Source: an uncultured Pseudomonadota bacterium
GTDB taxonomy: Bacteria; Pseudomonadota; Alphaproteobacteria; JACZXZ01
Assembly (NCBI GenBank): GCA_963749075.1
Contig: CAVVLJ010000016.1
Location: 544,001 to 608,000, forward strand
DNA: 64,000 nt
Direction: 5' to 3'
The notes beneath the pieces are model-generated. The model was given only the letters and a program-made list of their open reading frames with translations, was not told the DNA's origin and searched no databases. Shown here piece after piece: positions 19,219 through 29,758 of this stretch (position 1 is its first letter; each line of letters opens with the position of its first letter). Position numbers and translations under genes: made by a program.

Positions 19219-20853
19219 TTACGCGAGCCCGGCCGCATAGCCGTCGCGCTGCGGATCGGCGCCGCCCTCCAATTCGCCGTCCCAGCAGGCGATGCCGTGA
19301 GGTGCCGCGAAGGGAAACGTGAGGGGCGAGCGCCTGACCTCGTAGCCCATGGCCTCGAGTGCCTCTTGCGTTCTTCTCGGGATGCGGTTGGCGATGTCGA
19401 TCGCGTTGGAGGTGGCGCTGAAGCGCGGGGCGGCGACCGCCTCCGGAAGCGGCATTCCCCAATCGAGCACATTGAGCAGCACTTGCAGGATGGCGATACC
19501 GATCCACGCGCCGCCCGGTGCGCCGAGCGTCAAGACCGGCGTCTCGCCCTCGAAGACGATGCTCGGCGTCATCGAGGAGAAGCGGCGCTTGCCGGGTGCG
19601 ATCGAGCCGGCGCGGCCGGGCCTGGGATCGTACCAGTTCATGGCCCCGTTCAGCATGAAGCCGGTGCCGGGCGGAATGACGCCCGAAGGCAGGCCGTTGG
19701 TATGGGTGAGCGACACCACCATGCCGTCGCGATCGATGCAGGACACCGTGGTGGTATCCTTGCCGTCCGAGCTCGCGCGGGCAAGCGGCGTCTTCTCGCG
19801 GCACCTGATGCGCGCAGCGCACTCGTCCGCGTAAGCGTCCGAGAGGAGGCGCTCCACGGGCGGGGCCGCGAAATCCGGATCGCCGATATGGCGGTCCTTG
19901 TCGCCGCCGGCGATCTTCATCGCCTCGGCGATGACGCGGATGTATTCGGGCTCGTTGTGGCCGAGAGCCGTGAGTTCGAAGCGCTCGAGGATGCGCAGCA
20001 TCTCGGCGACGACGATGCCGCCGCCGGGCGGCGGCGGCGTGGCGACCGCCCGGCCGCGATAGGAGACCTTGAGCGGCGCCCGCGTCCTGACCTTGAAGCC
20101 CGCGAGATCCGCGAGCGTCAGCGGGCCGCCGTGGGTGCGCATGTCGTCGGCGATGCGCCGCGCGATCTCGCCCTCATAGAAGCTCTCGGCGCCGTCGCGC
20201 GCGAGACCGCGCAAGGTTGCCGCGAGATCGGGATTGCGCACGCTGTCGCCGAGGCGCTTGGGCGTCCCGTCGGGGCGCAGATAGAGCGCCCGCCCATCGG
20301 GCGTGAACGCGAGCTTCCGGACATAGGGGAGGCGCCCATAGGCCGTCTCGTCGAGGGCGAACATGCCGGCCACATGCGGGCGCACCAGCCAGCCGCTCTC
20401 GGCCAAGCCGATGGCGGGCTCGAACAATGCGGCCCAGGGCAGCTTCCCGAAGGCCGCGTGGGCCTCGCCGAAGACGCGCACGATGCCGGGCGTCGTCACC
20501 GCCCCATGGCCCAGCTCGTTGACGCCGCCCCGCAGCACATAGCCGTAGCCGTCGCTGCATTCGCGCTCGAAGAGCGCCGTCCACATCTCAGGATTGCTGG
20601 CGGCCGGGCAGGTGGAGAGCCCGTCGAGCACGAGGTTCTTCCCCGATGCGGGATCGAAGAGGTGCAGGCTGCCGAGGCCGCCGATGCCGCACATCAAGGG
20701 ATCGACCACCCCTTGGGCGAGGGCTGAGGCAATGACCGCATCGAGCGCATTGCCGCCGCATTCGAGCACGCCGAGGCCCGCTTCCGTCGCCTCGGGTTGC
20801 GCTGCCACGATCATGGCCTTGTAGGCCGGGCGAATGCGTTTGGGCTTCGGCAT
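19219..20853 (-). CDS. Gamma-glutamyltranspeptidase-family Ntn hydrolase
   Basis: GGNALDA, CGIGGLG, KDTTTVS (nucleophile Thr), PGKRRFSSMTP, GAPGG, GGADP. Confidence 0.9.
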   Translation of the reverse strand: MPKPKRIRPAYKAMIVAAQPEATEAGLGVLECGGNALDAVIASALAQGVVDPLMCGIGGLGSLHLFDPASGKNLVLDGLSTCPAASNPEMWTALFERECSDGYGYVLRGGVNELGHGAVTTPGIVRVFGEAHAAFGKLPWAALFEPAIGLAESGWLVRPHVAGMFALDETAYGRLPYVRKLAFTPDGRALYLRPDGTPKRLGDSVRNPDLAATLRGLARDGAESFYEGEIARRIADDMRTHGGPLTLADLAGFKVRTRAPLKVSYRGRAVATPPPPGGGIVVAEMLRILERFELTALGHNEPEYIRVIAEAMKIAGGDKDRHIGDPDFAAPPVERLLSDAYADECAARIRCREKTPLARASSDGKDTTTVSCIDRDGMVVSLTHTNGLPSGVIPPGTGFMLNGAMNWYDPRPGRAGSIAPGKRRFSSMTPSIVFEGETPVLTLGAPGGAWIGIAILQVLLNVLDWGMPLPEAVAAPRFSATSNAIDIANRIPRRTQEALEAMGYEVRRSPLTFPFAAPHGIACWDGELEGGADPQRDGYAAGLA

Positions 20854-20898
20854 GGGGAGACCCTGGGGGACAAACGCAAGCATAGTCAAGCCCGTAGG

Positions 20899-20924
20899 TC
20901 CCTCTCCCGCTTGCGGGCGAGGGA
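20899..20924. repeat. Short palindromic repeat CCCTCTCCCGCTTGCGGG.GAGGG
   Basis: Same core as 26813-26863, 42690-42740 and 46191-46262. Confidence 0.7.
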
Positions 20925-20925
20925 T

Positions 20926-23421
20926 TTAGCGCGTGCGCTTGACGCCGTGCTGGGGTGCGCCACTCGCGGGATCTTCGGGCCACGCGTGCTTGGGATAGCG
21001 TCCGCGCATGGTGCGGCGCACCTCGGCATAGCCGGCGCGCCAGAAACTCGCGAGGTCGCGCGTCATCTGGAGCGGGCGGCCGGCGGGCGAGAGGAGATGC
21101 AGCAGCACCGGCACGCGGCCGGAGGCTATGCGCGGCGTCTCGGCCAGGCCGAAGAGCTCCTGGAGCTTGACCGCGAGCACCGGTGCCTCGGCGCCCGAAT
21201 AGTCGAGCTGTACCAAGCGGCCGCTCGGCACGGCGATCGCGCGCGGCGCCTCGGCATCGAGACGGCGGTGCTGGCGATGATCGAGGGCGGCTGCGAGGAT
21301 CGCCGCGAGATCGAGCCGCGCGAGATCGGCGCGGCTGCGGCGGCCCGCGAGATGGGGGAGGAGCCAGCGCTCGAGCGTGCGCTCCAGTGCGGCGTCCGCA
21401 AGATCCGGCCAATCGCCTTTTGCGCCGTCGAGCGAGCGGAGAAAGGCGACGCGCGCCTGAAGATTGCGCGCCTCGGCACTCCACGGGAGCGCTGCAAGGC
21501 CGAGTGTGCACAGGCCCTCGAGGAGTGCCGCGGCGACGCGCTCGGCCGGAGCCTCCGGCCACGGCCGGGCCTCGAGGACGAGTGCTCCCAGGCGCCGCTG
21601 CCGCCGCGTCTCGACGGCTTCCGTCGCCTTGTTCCACGCGACTTCCTCGACGCTCGCGATGGCGTCGGCGAAGTTCTCCTCGATCTCATCGAGTGCCATC
21701 GGAGCCGCGAGGAGGACGCGGCCGCCGCCGCCGCCGCCGACCGACGCGATGGCGAGCCAGGGCTCGCGCGCAAGCGGGTCCTCCGCGGCGAGGACGGCGC
21801 CGCGCCCGTTCGCCATGCGGAAGCCGCCCGCGGGCCTTAGCTTGGCGATGCGCTCGGGATAGGCAAGGGCGGCGAGGAGGCCGGCATGCGCCGGCTCGAG
21901 CGCGCGCTCGGGGAGTGCCAAGAGGCGGCGGACCTGGCGCGCCGCCTCGCGCGCACGTCTCAGGGCGCCCTCGTTGAGCGTGCAGCCGGGCGGCAGGGCG
22001 CCTTTGCGCGCCATGAGCTCGAGCCGCGGCCTGAGATCGGCGTCGCGCGCGGCCCCTGGGCCTGCGAGGATGTCGCGCTCCTCGAGCAGTGCGGCGAGTG
22101 CCGCCGCCTCCTGGCCGAGCCCGCGCGACTTGGCCGCGAGCGCCATGTGGGCAAGGCGGGGATGCATGGGGAGCCGCGCGAGCGCCCGGCCGTGCTCGGT
22201 GGCGTGGCCCTCGCGGTCGATGGCGCCGAGTGCCTCCAGGAGATGCCGCGCTTCGGCGAGCCTCCGTGCGGGCGGCGGGTCGAGCCAGGCGAGCGTGGCC
22301 GGATCGCGGCAGCCCCAAAGCGCCAGCTCGAGTGCCAGGCCTGCGAGATCGGCTTGCAGGATCTCGGGTGCGGCATGGGGCGGCAAGCCGCGCGTCGCGG
22401 CTGCGGGCCACAGGCGATAGCAGAGCCCCGGCCCGAGCCTTCCGGCGCGGCCGCGGCGCTGCTCGGCCGCGGCCTGGGAGACGCGCACGGTCTCGAGCCG
22501 CGAGAGGCCGCTCGCCGGATCGAAGGACGGCGCGCGCGAGAGACCGCTGTCGACGACGGCGCCGATGCCCTCGATGGTGAGGCTGGTCTCGGCGATCGAG
22601 GTGGCGAGCACGATCTTGCGCTTTCCCGGCGGCGCCGGCGCCAAGGCGGCGTCCTGCGCGGCGGGCGGCAGTGCGCCATAGAGCGGTGTTACGATGACGT
22701 CGGGTCCGAGACCGCTCTCGCGCAAGAGCCGCTCGACGGCGCGGATCTCGCGCTCGCCGGGGAGGAAAACGAGCACGTCGCCGCTGCCCTCGCCGAGCGC
22801 GCGCCCGGCCGCCGCCGCCACGGCGGGGACGAGGCGCTCGCGCGGCGGTGCGGCGAGGGAGCGCGTCTCGACGGGAAAGCTGCGCCCCTCGCTCTCGAGC
22901 AGCGGAGCGTCACCCAGCAGCCCCGCCACGCGCGCGCCGTCGATCGTCGCCGACATGACGAGGAGGCGCAAGCTCGGCCGCAGGTTGCGCTGCAAATCGA
23001 GCGTCAGCGCCAAGCCGAGGTCGCTCGCCAGGCTGCGCTCATGGAACTCGTCGAAGATGACGAGGCCGACGCCCTCCAATCCGGGGTCGTCCTGCAGGCG
23101 GCGCGCGAGGATGCCCTCGGTCACCACCTCGATGCGCGTGCGAGGGCCAACGCGGCGCTCGAGGCGGATGCGGTAGCCGACCGTCTCGCCGACTGTCTCC
23201 CCGAGTACGGCTGCCATGCGGTGTGCTGCCGCGCGCGCGGCGAGGCGGCGCGGCTCGAGCATGAGGATGCCCTGGCCCGCGAGCCACGGCTCAGCTAAGA
23301 GGGCGAGCGGCACCCGCGTCGTCTTGCCCGCGCCCGGCGGTGCCACGAGCACGAGGGCTGCGTGGCCCTCGAGCTCGGCTGCGATGCGCGGCAAAAGCGG
23401 GTCGATGGGAAGCGGCGTCAT
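20926..23421 (-). CDS. hrpB: ATP-dependent helicase HrpB
   Basis: APPGAGKTTRVP, EPRRLAAR, DEFHERS, MSAT, ATSIAETSLTI, QRRGRAGR; C-terminal LSPAGRP and GRYPKHAWP. Confidence 0.95.
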   Translation of the reverse strand: MTPLPIDPLLPRIAAELEGHAALVLVAPPGAGKTTRVPLALLAEPWLAGQGILMLEPRRLAARAAAHRMAAVLGETVGETVGYRIRLERRVGPRTRIEVVTEGILARRLQDDPGLEGVGLVIFDEFHERSLASDLGLALTLDLQRNLRPSLRLLVMSATIDGARVAGLLGDAPLLESEGRSFPVETRSLAAPPRERLVPAVAAAAGRALGEGSGDVLVFLPGEREIRAVERLLRESGLGPDVIVTPLYGALPPAAQDAALAPAPPGKRKIVLATSIAETSLTIEGIGAVVDSGLSRAPSFDPASGLSRLETVRVSQAAAEQRRGRAGRLGPGLCYRLWPAAATRGLPPHAAPEILQADLAGLALELALWGCRDPATLAWLDPPPARRLAEARHLLEALGAIDREGHATEHGRALARLPMHPRLAHMALAAKSRGLGQEAAALAALLEERDILAGPGAARDADLRPRLELMARKGALPPGCTLNEGALRRAREAARQVRRLLALPERALEPAHAGLLAALAYPERIAKLRPAGGFRMANGRGAVLAAEDPLAREPWLAIASVGGGGGGRVLLAAPMALDEIEENFADAIASVEEVAWNKATEAVETRRQRRLGALVLEARPWPEAPAERVAAALLEGLCTLGLAALPWSAEARNLQARVAFLRSLDGAKGDWPDLADAALERTLERWLLPHLAGRRSRADLARLDLAAILAAALDHRQHRRLDAEAPRAIAVPSGRLVQLDYSGAEAPVLAVKLQELFGLAETPRIASGRVPVLLHLLSPAGRPLQMTRDLASFWRAGYAEVRRTMRGRYPKHAWPEDPASGAPQHGVKRTR

Positions 23422-23495
23422 GCCGGCGCAAGCTAGCCCCGAGTGCGCTCCGGCGCGCGGGGCCTGCGGGGCGGGCCGCGGCGCTGCCGCCCCGC

Positions 23496-24251
23496 TCACC
23501 GCGGCTCGACGCGCCGGCGTCGGCCTGGCGTGTGCTGCCCTTCGGTCGCGAGGTCGCGGGCGCCCGCGAGCACCGCCTCGACATGGGCGAGGTGTGCCGC
23601 CATGGCGGCGCGCGCGCCCGCCGCATCGCGCCGCCGCAGGCACTCGTAGATCGTCCGGTGGTCGCTGATGGTCATCTGCTGCTGGTGGGGAAGACCGGTA
23701 TGGCTGCTGAGATGGTGGAAGAGGGGTGCGGACATGCCTTCCCACAAGCCGTCGACGAGGCTCGCGAGCACGCTGTTGTGCGTCGCCTCGGCGATGCAGG
23801 CATGGAAGAGGCGGTCGGCGCTGCGGCCGTCGCCGCCCGCCGCCATATGGCGCTCCATCTCCTCGATCGCCTCGCCGATACCCGCGAGCTCCGCGGCAGT
23901 GGCGTGCTCCGCCGCGCGCGCCACGATCTCGCACTCGAGGAGGCGGCGGGCGTCGAGCAGATCGAACGGGCTCGGTCCGGCGTCGAGAGGAGGCGGATGG
24001 GCCTGCGCCTCGCGCACCTGCTCCTCCAGCACGTAGATGCCGGCGCCGGCGCGGATCGCGACGACGCCGGCGATCTCGAGGGCGATCATCGCCTCGCGCA
24101 CGGTCGGCCGGCTCACGCCGAGCCGCCGGGCGAGCTCGCGCTCGGGCGGCAGACGGTCGCCCGGCCGGTATTCGCCGGCGCGGATCAGCTCGCGGATCTG
24201 TCCGGCCGCCTGCTGGTAGAGGCGCTGCGATTCGAGGGGCTGGAGCGGCAT
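23496..24251 (-). CDS. GntR/FadR family regulator (ExuR/UxuR-like)
   Basis: RLYQQ, LPPERELA, VSRPTVREAMIALE plus an FCD domain; last gene of the hexuronate block. Confidence 0.92.
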   Translation of the reverse strand: MPLQPLESQRLYQQAAGQIRELIRAGEYRPGDRLPPERELARRLGVSRPTVREAMIALEIAGVVAIRAGAGIYVLEEQVREAQAHPPPLDAGPSPFDLLDARRLLECEIVARAAEHATAAELAGIGEAIEEMERHMAAGGDGRSADRLFHACIAEATHNSVLASLVDGLWEGMSAPLFHHLSSHTGLPHQQQMTISDHRTIYECLRRRDAAGARAAMAAHLAHVEAVLAGARDLATEGQHTPGRRRRVEPR

Positions 24252-24270
24252 TCAACAGTCCATTTCACCG

Positions 24271-24381
24271 CTCTCATCCTTCGAGACGCAATCCTTCGGA
24301 TTGCTCCTCAGGATGAGGACCGAGACCAAGTTCCTCATGGTGAGGAGCGTCGCGTGAGCGACGCGTCTCGAACCATGAGGT
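24271..24381. repeat. Two inverted copies of the CCTCAT..TGAGGAGC...GTCTCGAA..ATGAGG palindromic repeat
   Basis: Family shared with 7016-7176; the second copy overlaps the 3' end of the AGE-family gene. Confidence 0.8.
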
Positions 24382-25570
24382 CGGGCAGAGCGTCCTGCCG
24401 GGCGGGCAGCGTTGGCCACAGCCGCAACAGCTCGGCCAGGCAATAGAAGAGATGATAGAAGACGCGCACCGGGAGCTCGCGCGAGAGCTCGCGGCCGTCG
24501 CGCGCGAGCTGGTTGCGCCAGCGCGCATTGGGCGCCACGAGATAATGCTCGAACAGCATGGCCGTCTGGGTCTTGGCGGCTTCGGCCGCGCGTGCGTCGC
24601 CGAGGAACTCCCAGCGCGCGAGGTGCGCCTGGATCGCCTCGGTCTGCGGCCACAGGAGCTTGCTCGATGCTACCACCATGCCGTCGGGATAGACCTCGTC
24701 GAAGGCGGCGCGGACGAAGTGCGGGTCATATTCCATGCCGCGCTCCTCGGCGAAACGATAGAGCCGCTCGGCCGGCTCGAGCAGGCTCCCATCGCCGCCG
24801 AGCCGGGTATAGCGATGGAGGAGGCGGACCCACTCGAAATGATGGCCCGGCTCGCGCAGGCGTCCGGCAGCACCCGGCGCCGGGCGCCAATCGGCGGTGA
24901 AATACTCGCCGAGCGTGCCGCTGCCCGCATCGAAGAAATGCGCCTTGAAGAGACCGGCCATGGTCTCGGCGCGCGCGGCCCAGCGGGCGTCGCCGCTCGC
25001 CTCGTAGAGTGCCAAAAAGGCCTCGAGGAGATGCATGTGCGGGTTCTGCCGGCGGGGCAGCGCGTCGGGCGCGCCGGCGAGGTGCCGCTCGCGATAGCCG
25101 CCGAACCTCCGGTCGAGGAGGACGGCGTCCATGTAATCGGCGATGCGCGCGGCCCAGACGAGCGGCGCCGCATCGCCGCTCGCGCGATGAAGCCACGCGC
25201 AGGCGAAGAGTGCGAAGGCGTGGTCGTAGGCGTCCTTCTCGCGCGCGAGCGGGGTGCCGTCGGCCGCGATCTGATGGAAGAAGCCGCCCTCGCCCGCGTC
25301 CCAAGAGCGCTCCACGAGGAAGGCGAAGCCGCGCTCGGCCGCGGCAAGCGCACCCCCGCCGAGGCCGAGCATTGCTGCATGGGCGAAGCCATAGACGAGG
25401 CGCGCGGTGACGAGCGGCGTCTTGACGGGCCGCCGGTCCGGCATTCCGTCGGGCGTCAGGTACTCGACGTAGCCCGCGGGCTCCGCCGCGACGTTGGCCA
25501 CCCACCAGGGCACCACCTCAAGGGAGAGCCAGCGCCGCCATGCCGCCGTCGTCTTAGGCAGTGCTATCAC
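24335..25570 (-). CDS. AGE family sugar epimerase/isomerase
   Basis: TARLVY, DAYDHAFALFA, QNPHMHLLEA, EPGHHFEW, LWPQTE, FYHL. GTG start at 25570 with AGGAGG RBS. Confidence 0.9.
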   Translation of the reverse strand: MIALPKTTAAWRRWLSLEVVPWWVANVAAEPAGYVEYLTPDGMPDRRPVKTPLVTARLVYGFAHAAMLGLGGGALAAAERGFAFLVERSWDAGEGGFFHQIAADGTPLAREKDAYDHAFALFACAWLHRASGDAAPLVWAARIADYMDAVLLDRRFGGYRERHLAGAPDALPRRQNPHMHLLEAFLALYEASGDARWAARAETMAGLFKAHFFDAGSGTLGEYFTADWRPAPGAAGRLREPGHHFEWVRLLHRYTRLGGDGSLLEPAERLYRFAEERGMEYDPHFVRAAFDEVYPDGMVVASSKLLWPQTEAIQAHLARWEFLGDARAAEAAKTQTAMLFEHYLVAPNARWRNQLARDGRELSRELPVRVFYHLFYCLAELLRLWPTLPARQDALPDLMVRDASLTRRSSP

Positions 25571-25578
25571 CGCACCTC

Positions 25579-26787
25579 CTACCAGTCGTGCATGGTGCCG
25601 TCGATGAGACGGTTCACCGGCAGATAGGCGCGCGCATAGGGGAACTTGGCGGCGAGCGCCTCGTCGATATCGACGCCGTGCCCCGGCGCCTCGCCGGGAT
25701 GGAGGCAGCCATCGGAGAATGCGTAGGCGTGGGGGAAGACCTCGTCGGTCCGGGCCGTGTGCAGCATGTATTCCTGGATGCCGAAGTTGGGCACCGAGAT
25801 GTCGAAGTGGAGCGCCGCCCCCATGCACACGGGCGAGAGGTCGGTGGCGCCGTGGCATCCCGTGCGCACGCCGTAGAGATCGGCGAGCGAGGCGATGCGC
25901 CGCAGGTGGCTGATGCCGCCGGCATGGACCACGGTCGCGCGGAGATAGTCGATGAGCTGCTCGGTAATAAGGGTGCGGCAGTCATGGATCGAGTTGAACA
26001 CCTCGCCCACGGCAAGCGGCGTCGTGGTGTGCTGGCGGATGAGGCGGAAGCCCTCCTGGTTCTCGGCCGGCGTGGCGTCCTCGAGCCAGAACAGGCGATA
26101 GGGCTCGAGCGACTTGCCGAGCCGCGCCGCCTCGATCGGCTTGAGCCGGTGGTGCACGTCGTGGAGGAGGTGCGGCCCGAAGCCGACGCGCTCCCGGAGG
26201 CGCGCGAAGAGGGCCGGCACGAAGTCGATGTACTTCTCCGTCGACCACAGATTCTCGCTCGGGAGATCGGCGTCCGCGGGCTCGTAATACATCTTGTGTT
26301 TGGCGACGCCGTAGGTGGAGGCGAGGCCGGGCACGCCCGCCTGCGCGCGGATCGCCTTGTAGCCGAGGCCCACGTAGCGCTCGACCTCGTCGAGGCACTC
26401 CTCGAGATCGCGGCCGTTGGCGTGGCCGTAGACGAGCACCGCGTCGCGGCTGCGGCCGCCGAGGAGCTGGTAGAGCGGCATGCCCGCGGCCTTGGCCTTG
26501 ATGTCCCAGAGTGCTGTGTCGACCGCCGCGATCGCGGTCATGGTCACCGGCCCGCGCCGCCAATAGGCGCCCTTGTAGAGGTACTGCCAGATGTCCTCGA
26601 TGCGGCGCGCGTCGCGGCCGATGAGGCAGGGCACGACGTGGTCCTTGAGGTAGGAGGCAACCGCCAGCTCGCGGCCGTTGAGCGTCGCGTCGCCGAGGCC
26701 GTAGACGCCCTCCTCGGTCACCATCTTGAGGGTGACGAAGTTGCGCCCCGGCGAGGTGACGATGACGCGCGCTTCCCTGATCTTCAC
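25579..26787 (-). CDS. manD: D-mannonate dehydratase (enolase superfamily, ManD/RspA)
   Basis: [49 protein letters not shown]. Confidence 0.93.
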   Translation of the reverse strand: MKIREARVIVTSPGRNFVTLKMVTEEGVYGLGDATLNGRELAVASYLKDHVVPCLIGRDARRIEDIWQYLYKGAYWRRGPVTMTAIAAVDTALWDIKAKAAGMPLYQLLGGRSRDAVLVYGHANGRDLEECLDEVERYVGLGYKAIRAQAGVPGLASTYGVAKHKMYYEPADADLPSENLWSTEKYIDFVPALFARLRERVGFGPHLLHDVHHRLKPIEAARLGKSLEPYRLFWLEDATPAENQEGFRLIRQHTTTPLAVGEVFNSIHDCRTLITEQLIDYLRATVVHAGGISHLRRIASLADLYGVRTGCHGATDLSPVCMGAALHFDISVPNFGIQEYMLHTARTDEVFPHAYAFSDGCLHPGEAPGHGVDIDEALAAKFPYARAYLPVNRLIDGTMHDW

Positions 26788-26812
26788 GAAATCCTCTCTA
26801 CGAAAGAGCCCG

Positions 26813-26863
26813 TCCCTCACCCGGCCGCTTTGCGGCCACCCTCTCCCGCAAGCGGGAGAGGGA
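26813..26863. repeat. Two-hairpin intergenic repeat CCCTCACCCGGCCG...CGGCCACCCTCTCCCGCAAGCGGGAGAGGG
   Basis: Near-identical to 42690-42740. Confidence 0.85.
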
Positions 26864-26868
26864 AGCGG

Positions 26869-27750
26869 CTACGTCCGCGGCTTCTCCTTGACGCGGGTGA
26901 CGAGCTGGGTCGGGTTGACGAAGCGCAGTGCGAAGAGCAGCCAGACCAGCATGGTGACCATGTAGGTGACCGCCATGGCGTCGACCGACTGACCTGCTCG
27001 CACGCCGGCCGCGAAGACCGAGTAGTAGAGCGCCACCACGAGCGTCTGGCTGTCGGGACCTGCGGTGAGGAAAGTGAGCTCGAACATGGCGAAGGCGCGC
27101 ACCAGCACGAGCAGGCCCGCGGCGAGAATGCCGGGGGCGAGGAGCGGGACCAGCACGTGGACGAAGACGCGGAACGTGCCGGCCCCGAAGACGCGCGCCG
27201 CCTGCTCGAGACGCGGATCGATCTGCTCGATGAAGGGCGTCATGACGAGCACGACGAAGGGCACGGACGGCACCAGGTTGGCGAGGATGACGCCGGTCAT
27301 GGTGCCGCCGAGGCCGTAGCGGTAGAGCACGGTCGCGAGCGGGATGCCGTAGGTGATGGGCGGCACCAGGAGCGGCAGCAGGAAGAGCAGCAGCACGAGG
27401 CGCTTGCCCGGAAATTCCCGGCGCGCGAGGGCGTAGGCCGCGGGCACGCCGCAGAGGACCGAGACTGCGACCACGATGAAGACGATCTCGAGCGTCACGG
27501 TCAGCACGTCGCCGAGCTGGAACTCGTCCCACGCGTCGGCGTACCAATGCGTCGTGTAGCCGGGCGGAAGCCAGGTGCCGAACCAGCGCGTCGCGAAGGA
27601 GTTCACGAGCACCGAGGCGATCACCGCCGCGACGTTCATCAGGAAGAAGGCCATGGTCGCCCACACGATGGACGTCCAGACGATCTCACCCCACGTGCGG
27701 CGCTCGCGCCTGGCGGCCATGTCGAGCGTGCCGAGCACGGCTTCGCTCAT
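26869..27750 (-). CDS. ABC transporter permease (PotC-like)
   Basis: Multiple TM segments; EAA loop LEQAARVFGA. Confidence 0.9.
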   Translation of the reverse strand: MSEAVLGTLDMAARRERRTWGEIVWTSIVWATMAFFLMNVAAVIASVLVNSFATRWFGTWLPPGYTTHWYADAWDEFQLGDVLTVTLEIVFIVVAVSVLCGVPAAYALARREFPGKRLVLLLFLLPLLVPPITYGIPLATVLYRYGLGGTMTGVILANLVPSVPFVVLVMTPFIEQIDPRLEQAARVFGAGTFRVFVHVLVPLLAPGILAAGLLVLVRAFAMFELTFLTAGPDSQTLVVALYYSVFAAGVRAGQSVDAMAVTYMVTMLVWLLFALRFVNPTQLVTRVKEKPRT

Positions 27751-28616
27751 CCCTTCGCTCCCGCCGTCGAGCCGCGATAGAAGAAGCCGCGCATGGCGAG
27801 CACGGCGGCGAAAACGATGAGCTGGAGGGCGGCCATGATCATGGCGACGGCCAACGCCATGGAATAGTCGTAGTCCTCGAAGGCGGACTGATAGGCCGCG
27901 ATCGAGAGCACCCGCGTGGGGCCCGCGGGTGCACCGAGCAGCACCGCCGAGGGAAACACCGAGAAGGCCTGGACGAAGGAGAGGCAGAAGGTGATCGCCA
28001 GGCCCGGTACCAGGAGCGGCCAATAGATGTAGAAGAACTGGCGCGCCCGACCGGCGCCGAGCGTCGAGGCCGCCTGCGCCAGAGTCGGGTCGATCCCCGT
28101 CAGATAGGAGAGCGTCAGGAGGAACGAGAAGGGGAAGCCGGTGATGACGAGGGAGAGCAGCACGCCCCAATAATTGTGGGTGAGGCGGACGGCCGAGCTG
28201 ACGAGGCCGAGATCGAGGAGCGTGCGGTTGAGCCAGCCCTGCGGCCCCAGGTAGTTGAGCAGGCCCTCCGCGACGAGCACGGTGCCGAGCGTGATGGGCA
28301 CCACCAGGAGGGTGGTGACGAGGCGCTGCAGGCCTCCCGGGCGGCGCAGCTTGAAGGCGAGCGGCACCGCGAGGCCGACGTTGACGAGCGTCGCCGGCAC
28401 GGCGAGCCAAAAGGTGGTGGCGATCGTGCCGCTGAAGCGAGGCTCGCCGAAGAACCGGGCGTAATTGGCCCACATGCCGTGCGCCTTGGGCTCGAAGGAG
28501 AGCTCCAAGCCGTAGAGGAAGGGATAGATGAAGAGGAGCACCACCACGAGCGCCCCCGGCACGATGAGGAGGAGCGAGCGGTCGAAGCCGGCGTCCGCGA
28601 GGTCGCGGCGAGCCAT
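27747..28616 (-). CDS. ABC transporter permease (PotB-like)
   Basis: TM segments; LAQAASTLGA loop. Confidence 0.9.
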   Translation of the reverse strand: MARRDLADAGFDRSLLLIVPGALVVVLLFIYPFLYGLELSFEPKAHGMWANYARFFGEPRFSGTIATTFWLAVPATLVNVGLAVPLAFKLRRPGGLQRLVTTLLVVPITLGTVLVAEGLLNYLGPQGWLNRTLLDLGLVSSAVRLTHNYWGVLLSLVITGFPFSFLLTLSYLTGIDPTLAQAASTLGAGRARQFFYIYWPLLVPGLAITFCLSFVQAFSVFPSAVLLGAPAGPTRVLSIAAYQSAFEDYDYSMALAVAMIMAALQLIVFAAVLAMRGFFYRGSTAGAKG

Positions 28617-28619
28617 GGT

Positions 28620-29715
28620 CTAGACCTCGCCATAGACGAGGACGCGCTCGGTCGGCACATGGCAGCGCAGCGCCTCGCCCGGAGCGACGCGCACGACGCT
28701 CCGCGCATGAAGTCTCTGGCCGTCCGCGGTCAGGAAGTCGATGAGATAATCGTGCCCGCAATATTGGACGGCCTCGGCGCGGCCCTCGATTGTGTTGGGC
28801 CCGTCGCCGGGCGTGAGATCCTCGGGCCGGATCGCAACGCGCGCTGCGGCGCCGGCGGCGAGCGGCTCTCGGCAGATGCCCTCGAGGCGCAGGCCGCCCG
28901 CGGCGACGAAGCCGCGTCCGCCCTCCACGCGCTCGAACTCGGCACGAGAGCGCGTTGCGATAGCCCATGAAGAGGGCGACCGCGAGATTGGCGGGGCGTC
29001 CGTAGAGCTCCTCGGGCGTGCCGATCTGCTGAGTGACCCCGTCCTTGAGCACGACGATGCGGTCCGCGAGCGAGAGCGCCTCCTCCTGATCGTGCGTCAC
29101 ATAGACGGTGGCTCGGCCGAGCTCGAGATGGATGCGCTTGATCTCCGAGCGCATCTCGAGCCTCAGCTTGGCGTCGAGATTGGAGAGCGGCTCGTCCATC
29201 AGCACGACCGGCGGCTCGACCACGATGGCGCGCGCGATCGCGACGCGCTGCTGCTGGCCGCCGGAGAGCTGGCCGGGCAGCCTATCCGCGTGGGCCTGGA
29301 GCTGGACGAGCGCCAGCACGCCATCGACCCGCCGCTTGATCTCGGCCGCGGGCAGCCGCCGCATGGCGAGCCCGAAACCGACGTTCTTGCGCACCGTCAT
29401 GTGCGGGAAGAGCGCGTAGTTCTGGAAGATCATGCCGAAGCCGCGCTCCTCCGGGCGGAGCGTGTCGATGCGCCGCTCGTCGAGCCAGATGCTGCCCGAG
29501 GAGAGCGGCAGCAGGCCGGCCAGGCAATTGAGCGCCGTCGTCTTGCCGCAACCGGAGGGGCCGAGGAGGGCGATGAACTCGCCGCGCCGGATGGCGAGCG
29601 TGAGGCGGTCGAGCGCCAGCGTGCCGGCAAAGCGCCGGCTCACCGCCTCGAGCCTCAGCTCGGCAAAGCCTCCATCCTGCGCCTTGCTTGCGGCGCGGCT
29701 CCTCTCGCCCTCCAT
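28620..29715 (-). CDS. ABC transporter ATPase (PotA-like); +1 frameshift at 28936-28937
   Basis: GPSGCGKT, LSGGQQQR, DEPLSNLD. The TOBE-type C-terminus (VAIRPEDL) continues in the next frame after removing one base. Confidence 0.9.
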
Positions 29716-29758
29716 GGCCTCCCGTCCCCCCGGCTGACGCCGTGCTGCGGCGCCGCCG

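Noticed and set aside
20926-24255. HrpB with a 278-aa N-terminal extension
   Set aside because: The extension is an off-frame shadow of the GntR gene; HrpB homology starts at MTPLPID (23421).
26869-29715. 948-aa ABC ATPase-permease fusion
   Set aside because: Read-through from the insertion at 28936-28937 across a separate permease gene encoded in another frame.
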